From contig OY775910.1 in assembly GCA_963675245.1 (NCBI GenBank), forward strand, positions 1,280,001-1,344,000: DNA of 64,000 nucleotides, read 5' to 3'. This stretch comes from Acholeplasmataceae bacterium. Its GTDB lineage: Bacteria > Bacillota_I > Bacilli_A > Acholeplasmatales > Acholeplasmataceae. Below are positions 40,285-50,931 of the stretch, in pieces. Under the pieces are notes generated by a model that saw only the letters and a list, made by a program, of their open reading frames with translations, did not search any database and was not told where the DNA came from. Positions within the stretch are counted from its first letter, which is position 1; each line of letters opens with the position of its first letter. A program made the position numbers and the translations under genes.

Positions 40285-42597
40285 ATGTTTGCTAAGGTAT
40301 TAATAGATATAAAACATGAAGAAGTAAATCGGTTTTTTGACTATATCATACCTTCAGATATGATTGATGATCTTTCACGAGGTATGCGTGTCATCGTACC
40401 ATTTGGTAATCAAACACGTATGGGTTACGTGATTTCTATCATTGATCATAGTGATCAAGCAACCAAGGAAATCATTGAATTATTGGACGTCATTCCGACC
40501 ATTCAAGAAGAAACATTTGTCTTAATTGATTATTTGTTGCAAGAAACAAATGATTTATATAGTGCCATTTTTGAAACGGTTGTTCCATCTGAACTCACAA
40601 TGGATTATTTTCTAGAAATTCGCATTGTTAAGCCAGATATCATTGATAAAGATTTTTATAAAGTGTTTGACAAAAATGGTGTACTACGGTTATCTAAAAG
40701 TAATCACACCTATGATTATAAAATAAGAAAATACGTAAAGCTTAACGCATTAGAAGTTCAACCATTATGGCGTCAAAAGGCGACTGAAAAACAACTTTTT
40801 GCATATCAATTTAATACGAGACATCACTATGAAAGAATTAATCAATATCCCGAATTAGATCTGCTTTCTGATCGTCATTATCTTAAGCATGAGCTTAATG
40901 ATTTTGGTTTAACTGATGGTAAGATCAATACGCTTGTTAAACATCATGTATTGATGAAAGAGAAAGTACAAATCAATCGCGAGATTAAACATGTCTATGA
41001 ATTAAAAGATAAAAATGTCTCACTCACAAAAAAACAACAATTAGTTTACGATAATTTTGCTAATCGAAAGCATGAAGGAAAAACCTATTTACTTAAAGGT
41101 GTAACAGGATCTGGTAAAACTGAACTTTATTTGAAATGGATATTTGATGTGTTAAATGAACATAAGCAGGTACTAATCTTAGTCCCTGAAATCACGTTGA
41201 TTGCACCAATGGCACATCGATTAGAATCTGCATTTGGCAAGATTGCTATTTATCACAGTCAGTTGTCAAAAGGTGAGCGCTTTGACCAATACATGAAAGT
41301 GAAACGCGGTGAGATCAATATCGTTTTAGGCACGAGATCAGCAGTATTTCTTCCACTTGAACAACTTGGTTTAATCATCATTGATGAAGAACATGATACG
41401 TCATATGAACAATTAGAACATGTCATATACGATGCAAGAGAAGTTGCTAAGATAAGAGCTGAGTATCATCAATGTCCATTAATATTAGGAAGTGCGACAC
41501 CTTCTATATCAACCATGTATCAAGCATTGGAAGGTCCTATTCAATTACTGACACTAGATGAAAGACCATTTGATATTGAACAACCATCTCTTACATTTGT
41601 TGATATGCGTGAAGAACTAAGACAAAAAAATACATCGATGTTCTCTAAATTGTTAAAAGATAGTATACAAGATAGACTTGACAAACAAGAGCAAATTATG
41701 ATTTTATTCAATCGAAAAGGATATGCGCCATTTGTGATGTGTAGACAATGTGGTTATGTACCCACATGTCCAACATGCGGGATTTCATTAACGTATTATC
41801 AAACAAATAATCGACTAAAATGTCATTATTGTGGGTATGAAGAATCATATAGTCATACGTGTACAGAGTGTCATCAACAAACCATGAAACCTGTTGGTGT
41901 AGGTATCGAACAAGTCGAAAGAGAAATTGAAAAAATATTTCCACATGCTGATGTTATACGTATGGATGCTAATGTAACAAAAACAAAAGGATCACATGAA
42001 TTAATCTGGCATGATTTTCAAAACCAAAAAGCAGACATTTTATTAGGTACACAAATGATTGCTAAAGGGCTTGATTTTCCGAATGTCACACTTGTCGGTG
42101 TTCTGATGGCAGACTTAATGTTAAAAACACCGTCATATCGTGCGAGTGAAGATGCTTTTATGCTACTCACTCAAGTAGCTGGAAGATCAGGACGAACGAA
42201 ACATGGTGAAGTTATTATTCAAGGTTACGATTTAGCACATTTCGCCATAAAAGATGTCGAGTTAGGTTATGATACTTTTTATAAAGAAGCCCTTTATGAA
42301 CGTAAAATTAGCGGCTATGAACCATTTAATCATGTTTATCAAATACGTGCTGAAGGTTTAGGTTATTTACATACGTATCAAGTGTTATTTACATTAAAAA
42401 AGAAGTTAGAGTTATATGATGGGATAACCGTGTTAGGACCTGTCCCTGCTTATATAAAAAAGAAAGGCGATAAATTTCGCTTTGTGATGACAATTAAGTC
42501 TTCACTTGACTCAAAAGAACCAATTTTTAAAAACATGAAATTATTTAAGGAAGAATCTGTGAATTTGAGATTTTATCCTTTACCAGATTGTTTATAG
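40285..42597 (+). CDS. priA: Primosomal protein N' (PriA helicase)
   Basis: GVTGSGKTE, DEEH, four CxxC pairs, GTQMIAKGLDF, QVAGRSGR. Confidence 0.97.
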   Translation: MFAKVLIDIKHEEVNRFFDYIIPSDMIDDLSRGMRVIVPFGNQTRMGYVISIIDHSDQATKEIIELLDVIPTIQEETFVLIDYLLQETNDLYSAIFETVVPSELTMDYFLEIRIVKPDIIDKDFYKVFDKNGVLRLSKSNHTYDYKIRKYVKLNALEVQPLWRQKATEKQLFAYQFNTRHHYERINQYPELDLLSDRHYLKHELNDFGLTDGKINTLVKHHVLMKEKVQINREIKHVYELKDKNVSLTKKQQLVYDNFANRKHEGKTYLLKGVTGSGKTELYLKWIFDVLNEHKQVLILVPEITLIAPMAHRLESAFGKIAIYHSQLSKGERFDQYMKVKRGEINIVLGTRSAVFLPLEQLGLIIIDEEHDTSYEQLEHVIYDAREVAKIRAEYHQCPLILGSATPSISTMYQALEGPIQLLTLDERPFDIEQPSLTFVDMREELRQKNTSMFSKLLKDSIQDRLDKQEQIMILFNRKGYAPFVMCRQCGYVPTCPTCGISLTYYQTNNRLKCHYCGYEESYSHTCTECHQQTMKPVGVGIEQVEREIEKIFPHADVIRMDANVTKTKGSHELIWHDFQNQKADILLGTQMIAKGLDFPNVTLVGVLMADLMLKTPSYRASEDAFMLLTQVAGRSGRTKHGEVIIQGYDLAHFAIKDVELGYDTFYKEALYERKISGYEPFNHVYQIRAEGLGYLHTYQVLFTLKKKLELYDGITVLGPVPAYIKKKGDKFRFVMTIKSSLDSKEPIFKNMKLFKEESVNLRFYPLPDCL

Positions 42598-42608
42598 GGA
42601 GTGATAAG

Positions 42609-43541
42609 ATGAAAATTGTATTTATGGGTACACCTCAATTTGCACGACCCATTTTAAATATGCTTTATCAAGAACATGAGGTATTATTGGTCGTTACACA
42701 ACCTGATAAACCAGTTGGCAGAAAACGTGTATTAACACCATCCCCAATAAAAGCATTAGCAACATCATTAGGCATTCCTGTTTTTCAACCTGTTCGAATC
42801 AGAAAAGATTTTCAACCGATTCTGGATGTCGGTGCTGATCTTTTAATCACAGCTGCATATGGACAAATACTACCTCAAGATTTATTATCTGGTATTACGT
42901 CATTAAATGTACATGGTTCATTATTACCCATGTACCGAGGTGCTGCACCAATTCAATATGCCTTGTTTGATGGGTTAAAAGAAACAGGTGTCACGATTAT
43001 GGAAATGGTTTACGAAATGGATGCTGGACCGATTATTTTACAAGGAAAAGTGGATATTGATCCTTTTGATAATTTTGAAACCTTAAGTTTAAAATTAAGT
43101 ATATTAGGGGTAAACCTTCTCAGAGAAACACTATCATCATTTGACACCTATTTTGAAGCTAGAAAACCACAAGATATCAGTAAGGTGACTTTCTCTCCAT
43201 TAATCAAATATGAAGGTGAAGTGATAGACTTTAAGTGGTCCAGTGATAAAATCATCAACAGAATCAGAGGTTTATCACCAGAACCAGGGGCACACTTTTA
43301 CTATCAAGGAGACCTTTTTAAGGTCTATCAAGCCATTAAAAGTGATATAATAGATGACAAGGAAGAACCTTCAACCATCCTTTCCACTAAGAAGCGGTTA
43401 ACCATCAAGACAAGTGATGGGGCAATAGACATTTTAGAGATTCAAGCACAAGGCAAGAAGCGATTGCTGGTTAGAGACTACCTAAATGGTCAAACTACAT
43501 TTCATGTGGGTGATCAAATCAAGGAGGATAAAGATGTCTAA
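42609..43541 (+). CDS. fmt: Methionyl-tRNA formyltransferase
   Basis: MKIVFMGTP.FA, NVHGSLLP.YRGAAPIQ, MDAG; ATG 42609. Confidence 0.97.
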   Translation: MKIVFMGTPQFARPILNMLYQEHEVLLVVTQPDKPVGRKRVLTPSPIKALATSLGIPVFQPVRIRKDFQPILDVGADLLITAAYGQILPQDLLSGITSLNVHGSLLPMYRGAAPIQYALFDGLKETGVTIMEMVYEMDAGPIILQGKVDIDPFDNFETLSLKLSILGVNLLRETLSSFDTYFEARKPQDISKVTFSPLIKYEGEVIDFKWSSDKIINRIRGLSPEPGAHFYYQGDLFKVYQAIKSDIIDDKEEPSTILSTKKRLTIKTSDGAIDILEIQAQGKKRLLVRDYLNGQTTFHVGDQIKEDKDV

Positions 43542-44094
43542 AAAGAAAATCATTTATACGAGAAGTGAAATGTTAGAGTTTAATAAGGCGATTTTAGCAA
43601 AGCGTGGTGTCACAATTGAAGAGATTGCAGTCATTTGTTATCAACAGCAATCAAAATATAGTGATGGTGTCACTATGAAATTATGTATCGATTCAGTTGA
43701 AAAAATCTTAACATTACGTGATATATTTCATCATGTTCAACTCGCTTGTGAAATTGACCGTCTAGCAGAAGAACATGCATTTCAAGGACCTATTCAAGAT
43801 ATTATTCTTGAAGACTTAGGTTTATTTGGTATTGATGAAACGATGGGTTTAGATGTATCTGGTTTATATGGTACAATTGGTCAAACCAACTTTGGCGATA
43901 TTGATGTCAATAAACATGGTATCGTTAAGACCTTAAATGATTTAGGAAAAGAACCTGATAAATGTCATACATTCTTAGATGATATCGTTGGTGCGATTGC
44001 TGCAGCAGCATCGACAAGAGTTGCACAGGTGTTAAATGAAGATTTAGCACATGAAGTAGAAGGTATAGAACGTTTTACAATATTTGATTTATAA
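43534..44094 (+). CDS. Phosphatidylglycerophosphatase A family (YutG-like)
   Basis: RGVTIEEIA, LFGIDE, YGTIGQTNFG.ID..K.G, HTFLDDIVGAIAAAA; ATG 43534. Confidence 0.85.
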   Translation: MSKKKIIYTRSEMLEFNKAILAKRGVTIEEIAVICYQQQSKYSDGVTMKLCIDSVEKILTLRDIFHHVQLACEIDRLAEEHAFQGPIQDIILEDLGLFGIDETMGLDVSGLYGTIGQTNFGDIDVNKHGIVKTLNDLGKEPDKCHTFLDDIVGAIAAAASTRVAQVLNEDLAHEVEGIERFTIFDL

Positions 44095-44106
44095 GGATGA
44101 TGCACT

Positions 44107-45429
44107 GTGGAATCTGACAACAAGAAAAAACAACGTTTGAGTTTAAGTAAACTTGGTAGAGATCTCTTTGCCAGGTTTTTTGGCTTTGAGCAAGGTATAG
44201 ATATCACAGATGATGTAGCCGTTTTATATCGAAAAAATGTCGTCATTAAGAATATTGTCTTTATCTCTAATTTAATGTATTCAGTCATCTTATTTACCTT
44301 ATCATTAGCAACACCATCGATGACAAATTGGATTATTACTGTGATGGTGTTTCCAATTACGTATGCAGTCAATAATATGCTAAATAAGCTCATAAATCTT
44401 GATATTAAAGATAAAACAAAACAACAGGTTGCTATGTATGTATCATCGTTATATATATTCTTTTCAGCGGTCTTGATTTACGCGCGATTATATACGATTC
44501 CTTATTATGAAACAGCTGGCTATATATTAGTTTTTTATGCTGTCGTTGTTATTTCACTTTATCAGATCACAAAAGTATTATCAGGTAGTTTTATCGGACT
44601 ATTAGGTATTCTTACATTTATTCATTTATTTTGGACATATAACCTACCTGATTTAGCAGAAGGTATGGGATTTTTCGAGTTTATTAACGCGTTTTTCACA
44701 TCAGATACATTTGATGGTATATTTCAAGATATTTTATTAAGAACAATTTTATTTATCTTATTTTATTTTGTTGTTTACGCGATTGTATCTATGGGACAAT
44801 ACATGCAAGACCAACGTAAACTAGAGCTCATAAAAAGACGTCAAGTGCAAAACGATTATGCACATATTGTTGGGGATTTATTCAGTGTCGTTTTCTCAAG
44901 TTCTTACAGTTTGATGGATCGCAGACACGCTTCAATGGTACAACAAATGGCGGAACGTCTTGCGGGTTATAGCGGATTGAATCACGAACAGGCACAACGC
45001 ATGAATGCTTATGCGATGGTTCATTTACAATATCAAGAAATTAAAAATTTGCTCGATGATCGTGGTGATTTTGATGAACAATCCTATGAGCGCTTAAAAG
45101 AGAAAACTGAGCTTGGTTCAAAAATTGCAAGACGCATGCAACTGGCACAAAAATGTGAAGATATTGCAAGAGCTTATATTGAAGATACGACCTCAGAAAA
45201 GTTCTTAAAAGATATGTTGGTGATTCAACCAGAACTTGAAGCACAAGTCATTTTACTAAGTGATTTATATATTACGTTGCGTACAGTTAAACCATATAAA
45301 AGACCATATCCTCATAAGGATGTACTAAAAGCTTTTAGAGGAGAATTAGGAAACTTTTTTGATTACGATTTAAAAGAACGGTTTTTGAAGTTTAATGATG
45401 AGTTTAATGAGATGTTTAACAACTTCTAA
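44107..45429 (+). CDS. Multi-TM membrane protein with a degenerate HD-GYP-like C-terminal domain
   Basis: About 6 TM, then RRHASMV...A..LA, ILLSDLY..L...KPYKRPY, FD..L...F; HD replaced by HL. Confidence 0.65.
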   Translation: MESDNKKKQRLSLSKLGRDLFARFFGFEQGIDITDDVAVLYRKNVVIKNIVFISNLMYSVILFTLSLATPSMTNWIITVMVFPITYAVNNMLNKLINLDIKDKTKQQVAMYVSSLYIFFSAVLIYARLYTIPYYETAGYILVFYAVVVISLYQITKVLSGSFIGLLGILTFIHLFWTYNLPDLAEGMGFFEFINAFFTSDTFDGIFQDILLRTILFILFYFVVYAIVSMGQYMQDQRKLELIKRRQVQNDYAHIVGDLFSVVFSSSYSLMDRRHASMVQQMAERLAGYSGLNHEQAQRMNAYAMVHLQYQEIKNLLDDRGDFDEQSYERLKEKTELGSKIARRMQLAQKCEDIARAYIEDTTSEKFLKDMLVIQPELEAQVILLSDLYITLRTVKPYKRPYPHKDVLKAFRGELGNFFDYDLKERFLKFNDEFNEMFNNF

Positions 45430-45433
45430 TCAG

Positions 45434-45462
45434 TTGACAAATCTCGACTTTTACGCTATTAT
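45434..45462 (+). promoter_or_regulatory. SigA-type promoter for metK
   Basis: TTGACA, 17-nt spacer, TATTAT. Confidence 0.8.
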
Positions 45463-45485
45463 GATAAGGCATTACAATTTAATCT

Positions 45486-45615
45486 CTTTATTCAGAGCTA
45501 CACAGGCGGAGTGACCATTGACGTAGCAGCAACCTATTTAATTAGGTGCTTATCACCAGGGGTTTAGCCCATCAATAAGGAAAACGATGACGCTTTTCCT
45601 TGGAAGGCGTTTTTT
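45486..45615 (+). promoter_or_regulatory. SAM-I-like riboswitch with terminator
   Basis: P1 TTTATT/AATAAG, CAGAG, P2 CTAC/GTAG, CAGCAACC...GGTGC, P4 GGG/CCC, possible pseudoknot GTGA/TCAC; terminator at 45590-45615; upstream of metK. Confidence 0.85.
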
Positions 45616-45633
45616 ATTAGAGGAGGACAAGAT

Positions 45634-46782
45634 ATGTATCAATTATTTACAAGTGAATCTGTTACAGAAGGACATCCTGATAAAGTCGCTGATTATATCT
45701 CAGATAGTATACTTGATGCTTGTTTAAAAGAAGATCCAAATGCGCGTGTTGCAATTGAAACAGCCGTGACAACGCACTATTGTTTGATTTTTGGAGAAAT
45801 TTCTACGACAGCGAATGTAGATTACGAAAAAATCATTAGAAAATCTGTCGAGGAAATTGGATATACAAAACCAGAATATGGCTATGATGCTAGTCAATTA
45901 GAAATAGATATTAGAGTCAAAGAACAGTCTCCAGATATCGCTTTAGGTGTTAATAAAAGTGACACGAAAGATTTAGGTGCTGGCGATCAAGGATTCGTAT
46001 TTGGTTATGCCGTCAATGAAACAGACACATTTATGCCACTCCCTATTTATTTAGCGCATAGATTGGCAGAAAGATTAGCTTATGTTAGAAAACATGACAT
46101 CATTGAAGGGTTAAGACCAGATGGTAAAACACAAGTAACAGTGGCTTACGATGAACATGGAAAACCGGCTTTTATCCATACGATTGTCTTATCGACACAA
46201 CACGATCCATCATGGACACAAGAAGCATTGCATGCCGCTATTAATGAACGTGTGATTGTACCTGTTATGAAAGATTATGATTTGGGAGATACATTCATTC
46301 GTATTAATCCAACCGGTAGATTTGTTAAAGGTGGTCCAGATGGTGATGCAGGATTAACTGGTAGAAAGATTATCGTTGATACGTATGGTGGATATGCGAG
46401 ACATGGTGGTGGTGCTTTCTCAGGAAAAGACGCAACGAAAGTCGATCGATCTGCTGCGTATATGGCAAGATATATTGCTAAAAATATAGTCGCTTCAGGG
46501 ATTGCAGATCGCTGTGAAATTCAAATTGCATATGCCATTGGTATTCCTGATCCAGTCTCTCTTTATATTGATACATTTGGAACCCAAAAAGCACCGATTG
46601 AGGAAATCTATGATGTTGTTAGAAGACATTTTAAATTAACGCCTTCAGGTATTATTAAATCACTCGATTTAAATCATCCAATTTATAATAAAACCTCTAG
46701 TTATGGCCATTTTGGTAAAGATAATGATAGTTTTTCATGGGAAAAATTAGATAAAATTGCTTTATTTAAAAAATTATATTAG
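45634..46782 (+). CDS. metK: S-adenosylmethionine synthetase
   Basis: [28 protein letters not shown]. Confidence 0.98.
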   Translation: MYQLFTSESVTEGHPDKVADYISDSILDACLKEDPNARVAIETAVTTHYCLIFGEISTTANVDYEKIIRKSVEEIGYTKPEYGYDASQLEIDIRVKEQSPDIALGVNKSDTKDLGAGDQGFVFGYAVNETDTFMPLPIYLAHRLAERLAYVRKHDIIEGLRPDGKTQVTVAYDEHGKPAFIHTIVLSTQHDPSWTQEALHAAINERVIVPVMKDYDLGDTFIRINPTGRFVKGGPDGDAGLTGRKIIVDTYGGYARHGGGAFSGKDATKVDRSAAYMARYIAKNIVASGIADRCEIQIAYAIGIPDPVSLYIDTFGTQKAPIEEIYDVVRRHFKLTPSGIIKSLDLNHPIYNKTSSYGHFGKDNDSFSWEKLDKIALFKKLY

Positions 46783-46803
46783 AATAACTCTAGGTGATGA
46801 AAA

Positions 46804-47715
46804 ATGGCAGATCGTTTAGAAAAACTTGAAGCGCAAAGATTAGCAGTTGTATCAGAAACAAAAATCGACTATCGTAATGGCAGTTTTGGCTTTATTGGTA
46901 TTGTACTTGGTGTCATTTTGATGCTAGCGATACCGTCCATTCAGATTGTTTCATTTATCCTGATTGGTGGCGGTATTTTAGTGGTCGCTGTTTTCTACGG
47001 CAAAGCTGGTGCAAAAATATCAAGATTAAAAGCTGAACTTAAGTTTAAATTAGTCACAACACTTTTAGAAGAAGAATTTGAAGGTGTCTCTTACGATCCT
47101 CATGGAAAAATTCCAATTGGACATATTATGAGTACCAAAACTGTTAAAAGTCCTGACCGCTACTATGGTGAGGATTATATGAAAGGTATTTACAAAGGTG
47201 TAAAATTTCAAGTATCTGATGTAGATTTAAAAGAGCGTCATGTGCATCGGGATTCTAAAGGGAATACTCATGTCACCTATGAAACATACTTTAAAGGTCG
47301 TTGGTACATTTATCAATTCGAACGTAATTTCCGTAAAGAATTGAAGATCTTAGAAGCAAGAGCTCCTTTATTTGCCAATCAGAATCTCGTTAAAGTTGAA
47401 ACAGAATCAATTGCCTTTAACAAGAAATTTAGTATTTACGCTTCTGATTTAGAATTTGGCTTTTACCATATTACACCAAGTATGATTGAAAAATTATTGA
47501 CGATGGAAAGTATGCATCGTGGCTCAATTCTTTATTGTTTTAGACATGATGAATTACATATTGGTGTTAATGATCGAAGAAATTATATGGAAATCTCATA
47601 TAAAACACCGATTACAAGAGAAACATTAAGTAGTTTATTGGATCAAATTGAATTAATTCCAGCAATCGTTAACGAATTTAGACTAGATAGTTCTAAATTT
47701 AAAAATACGCTCTAA
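46804..47715 (+). CDS. DUF3137-like membrane protein
   Basis: 2 N-terminal TM, EDY..G, F.GRW, ES..FN..F..Y..D; paired with lemA. Confidence 0.75.
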   Translation: MADRLEKLEAQRLAVVSETKIDYRNGSFGFIGIVLGVILMLAIPSIQIVSFILIGGGILVVAVFYGKAGAKISRLKAELKFKLVTTLLEEEFEGVSYDPHGKIPIGHIMSTKTVKSPDRYYGEDYMKGIYKGVKFQVSDVDLKERHVHRDSKGNTHVTYETYFKGRWYIYQFERNFRKELKILEARAPLFANQNLVKVETESIAFNKKFSIYASDLEFGFYHITPSMIEKLLTMESMHRGSILYCFRHDELHIGVNDRRNYMEISYKTPITRETLSSLLDQIELIPAIVNEFRLDSSKFKNTL

Positions 47716-47735
47716 AATATGAGGAGGAAATAAAT

Positions 47736-48296
47736 ATGGAACCGTGGTTAATTGCTATAATTGTTGTAGGTGTCATCGCATTTATGCTTATTAGTTGGAT
47801 CATTTCAACGACAAATGCTTTTAGACGCATGACTGTTAAAATTGATGAGTCTGAATCAAGCATTGATGTTGCTTTAACAAAGCGTTTTGATTTACTTAAC
47901 AAATTGTTTTCAGCAACAAAAGGCTACATGAAGCATGAAAAAGAAACATTAACGCAAGTTGTTGGTATGAGACAACCTGCACATGCAGCACCGATTGCTG
48001 ACAAACAAAAGTTTGCTGATGAAGTGACAAAAGGATTACAAGCGATCAATGTGGTTGTTGAACAATACCCTGATCTCAAAGCAAATACATCCGTGAATAA
48101 ACTCATGGACGGCTCAATGGAAGTAGAAGAAAACCTACAAGCAGCAAGACGTGTTTATAACGCTAATGTATCTTATTATAACCAACGTGTTGTTGTCTTC
48201 CCATCTAATATTATTGCTAGATGGAGAGGATTTAAAGAACGTGATTTCTTTGAAGCAGAAGAAATTAAGCGACAAGACGTTAAATTTGATTTCTAA
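47736..48296 (+). CDS. lemA: LemA family protein
   Basis: IDVALTKRFDL, YMKHEKETL, EQYPDLKAN, ARRVYN, FPSNIIA. Confidence 0.95.
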   Translation: MEPWLIAIIVVGVIAFMLISWIISTTNAFRRMTVKIDESESSIDVALTKRFDLLNKLFSATKGYMKHEKETLTQVVGMRQPAHAAPIADKQKFADEVTKGLQAINVVVEQYPDLKANTSVNKLMDGSMEVEENLQAARRVYNANVSYYNQRVVVFPSNIIARWRGFKERDFFEAEEIKRQDVKFDF

Positions 48297-48313
48297 TCTA
48301 GAACTCATCCTAT

Positions 48314-48341
48314 GAAATCCTCGTTTTATCGGGGATTTTTT
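48314..48341 (+). terminator. Intrinsic terminator after lemA
   Basis: AAATCCTCG...CGGGGATTTTTT. Confidence 0.75.
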
Positions 48342-48444
48342 ATTTGGTTTTGTGAATTATGTAAAATCGCCTTAATGGTTGAAAAACCTTGTAAAAGGTG
48401 CTCTATTATAGTAATATAATAGAGAACGAAAAGGAAGTGTATCT

Positions 48445-50922
48445 ATGTTTAAAAAGTGGTTTGACCCAGGCAGAAAAATACTACAAAGAGCCGAAAAAAT
48501 AGCTGATCAAGTCTTTAAACTAGAAGATCAAATGACAGCATTATCCGATCAGGATTTAAAAGCAAAAACAGATGAGTTTAAAAACCGCTATCAAAATGGT
48601 GAAACGTTAGAAGACTTAATGGTTGAAGCGTTCGCCGTTGTTAGAGAAGCATCTAGGCGTGTCACAAAATTATTTCCATACTACGTCCAAGTTTGTGGGG
48701 CGGTTGCTATATTTGAAGGTAATATTGCAGAAATGAAAACCGGTGAAGGTAAAACGTTAACTGCAGTTATGCCTGCTTATTTGCAAGCGATTAATGGTCA
48801 AGGTGTTCATATCGTTACCGTCAATGAATACTTGGCTAGTCGTGAAGTAGAAGGAGATATCGGTGAACTGTTTAGATTTTTAGGTTTAACCGTTGGTCTA
48901 AATGTCCGTGAACTCACTCCTGAACAAAAACGTGACGCTTATGATTGTGATATTATGTATTCTACGAACTCTGAATTAGGGTTCGATTATTTGCGTGATC
49001 ACATGGTTTTATATGCGAAAGACATGGTTTCTCAAAGAGGGCTCAATTACGCGATTATTGATGAAGTTGACTCGATTTTGATTGATGAGGCAAGAACACC
49101 ACTTATTATTTCAGGTGGTTCTAAAAATAATCAAAATCTTTATCAAAGTGCGGATCGATTTGCAAAATCTATTCGGGATGAAGATTATGAAATCGATATT
49201 GAAGCGAAGACGATTGCGTTAACACCTTCTGGTATTGAGAAAGCAGAAAAGATTTTCCAAATTGATAATTTATATGATTTGAAATATGTTTCATTGGTTC
49301 ACCATATAAACAATGCGTTAAGAGCAAACTATATCATGTTTAGAGATAAAGATTATATGGTTCAAGACGATGAAGTTTTAATCATTGACCAATTTACAGG
49401 TCGTGTTTTACGAGGAAGACAATTTTCTGAAGGGCTTCACCAAGCGTTAGAAGCTAAGGAAAATGTAAAGGTTAAGCGTGAAACGGTTACTGTTGCTACG
49501 ATTACATACCAAAACTTCTTTAGAATGTATAAAAAACTAGCTGGTATGACTGGTACTGCGAAAACTGAAGAAGAAGAATTCAGAGAAATCTATAATATGG
49601 ACGTTGTTGAAGTGCCAACAAATGCACCTATTATTCGTTTGGATGAACCAGATTATTTATATGCACATCTAGATGACAAATATAAGGCGATTGTTGATGA
49701 AGTAGAAGAACGCTATCAAAAAGGTCAACCTATTTTGTTAGGTACGATTGCTGTTGAAACATCAGAGCACATATCATTTTTATTAAAACAACGTCGAATT
49801 CCACATGAAGTTTTAAATGCGAAAAATCATGCGAGAGAAGCTGAAATTGTTGCTAAAGCCGGATTAAAAGGATCTGTAACGATTGCGACAAACATGGCTG
49901 GTCGTGGGACCGATATTAAACTTGGAGAAGGTGTTGTAGAATTAGGCGGTTTAGCGGTTATTGGTAGTGAACGTCATGAATCAAGACGTATTGATAATCA
50001 GTTAAGAGGTCGTTCTGGTCGTCAAGGAGATCCAGGGTATTCTAGATTTTACATTTCTGCAGAAGATGAATTACTCATTCGTTTCGGTGGTGAAACATTT
50101 AAAAACCGTGTCGAATTTTTAGAACGAATGAATAAATCTACAGGACAACCACTCGCTTCAAAGATATTTACAAGATTTGTTACTGGTGCACAAAAACGTA
50201 TTGAAGGTAATAACTACGATACACGTAAAAATGTCTTGAAATATGATGATGTCATTCGTCGTCAACGTGAAATTATCTATCAAGAACGTCGCGATGTCAT
50301 TACACTTGAAACCATTGAGCCACAAGTAAGACAAATGCTTCAAACAAGCTTAACAGCGCAAGTTAAACAGTTTTTCCATTATTCTGGTAAAAATAAACTT
50401 AATATTGATTTTGATGCGTTACTCACTTATTTCAATGGAAATATCTTCCCTGCAGCGACATTCACAAGAGAAGACATTGAAAATCACGAAACAGATGATA
50501 TCGTTGAACATATCGTTGGAACAGGTATGGCAGAACTTGATCGCAAAAAAGCAAGTGTGCCAGAGTCGATTTATAACGAATTTTTAAAAGTGGTTATGTT
50601 ACGTGTGATAGACACATATTGGATGCGTAATATTGATGAAATGAGTGAATTAAGACAAGCGGTTAGACTTCAGAGTTATGGTCAACAAAACCCACTCGTC
50701 ATCTATCAACAAGAAGGTTTACGTAAATTCAATGAAATGATTGAAAACATTTCAAAAGATATTTGTAGATATGCAATTCGTGCGCAAATCAACTACAATG
50801 TCGAACGTGAAGCGGTCGTTAAAAATACACAAACCAATCAAGGACAAGAAGCTGTTTCAAACAAAAAGAGAAAGCCGAAAGTAAGAAAAAATAGAGGTCA
50901 ACGGAGTCATCCGTGGAGGTAA
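48445..50922 (+). CDS. secA: Preprotein translocase SecA
   Basis: EMKTGEGKT, DEVDSILIDEARTP, ATNMAGRGTDI, QLRGRSGRQGDPG. Confidence 0.98.
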   Translation: MFKKWFDPGRKILQRAEKIADQVFKLEDQMTALSDQDLKAKTDEFKNRYQNGETLEDLMVEAFAVVREASRRVTKLFPYYVQVCGAVAIFEGNIAEMKTGEGKTLTAVMPAYLQAINGQGVHIVTVNEYLASREVEGDIGELFRFLGLTVGLNVRELTPEQKRDAYDCDIMYSTNSELGFDYLRDHMVLYAKDMVSQRGLNYAIIDEVDSILIDEARTPLIISGGSKNNQNLYQSADRFAKSIRDEDYEIDIEAKTIALTPSGIEKAEKIFQIDNLYDLKYVSLVHHINNALRANYIMFRDKDYMVQDDEVLIIDQFTGRVLRGRQFSEGLHQALEAKENVKVKRETVTVATITYQNFFRMYKKLAGMTGTAKTEEEEFREIYNMDVVEVPTNAPIIRLDEPDYLYAHLDDKYKAIVDEVEERYQKGQPILLGTIAVETSEHISFLLKQRRIPHEVLNAKNHAREAEIVAKAGLKGSVTIATNMAGRGTDIKLGEGVVELGGLAVIGSERHESRRIDNQLRGRSGRQGDPGYSRFYISAEDELLIRFGGETFKNRVEFLERMNKSTGQPLASKIFTRFVTGAQKRIEGNNYDTRKNVLKYDDVIRRQREIIYQERRDVITLETIEPQVRQMLQTSLTAQVKQFFHYSGKNKLNIDFDALLTYFNGNIFPAATFTREDIENHETDDIVEHIVGTGMAELDRKKASVPESIYNEFLKVVMLRVIDTYWMRNIDEMSELRQAVRLQSYGQQNPLVIYQQEGLRKFNEMIENISKDICRYAIRAQINYNVEREAVVKNTQTNQGQEAVSNKKRKPKVRKNRGQRSHPWR

Positions 50923-50931
50923 ATATTTCCA

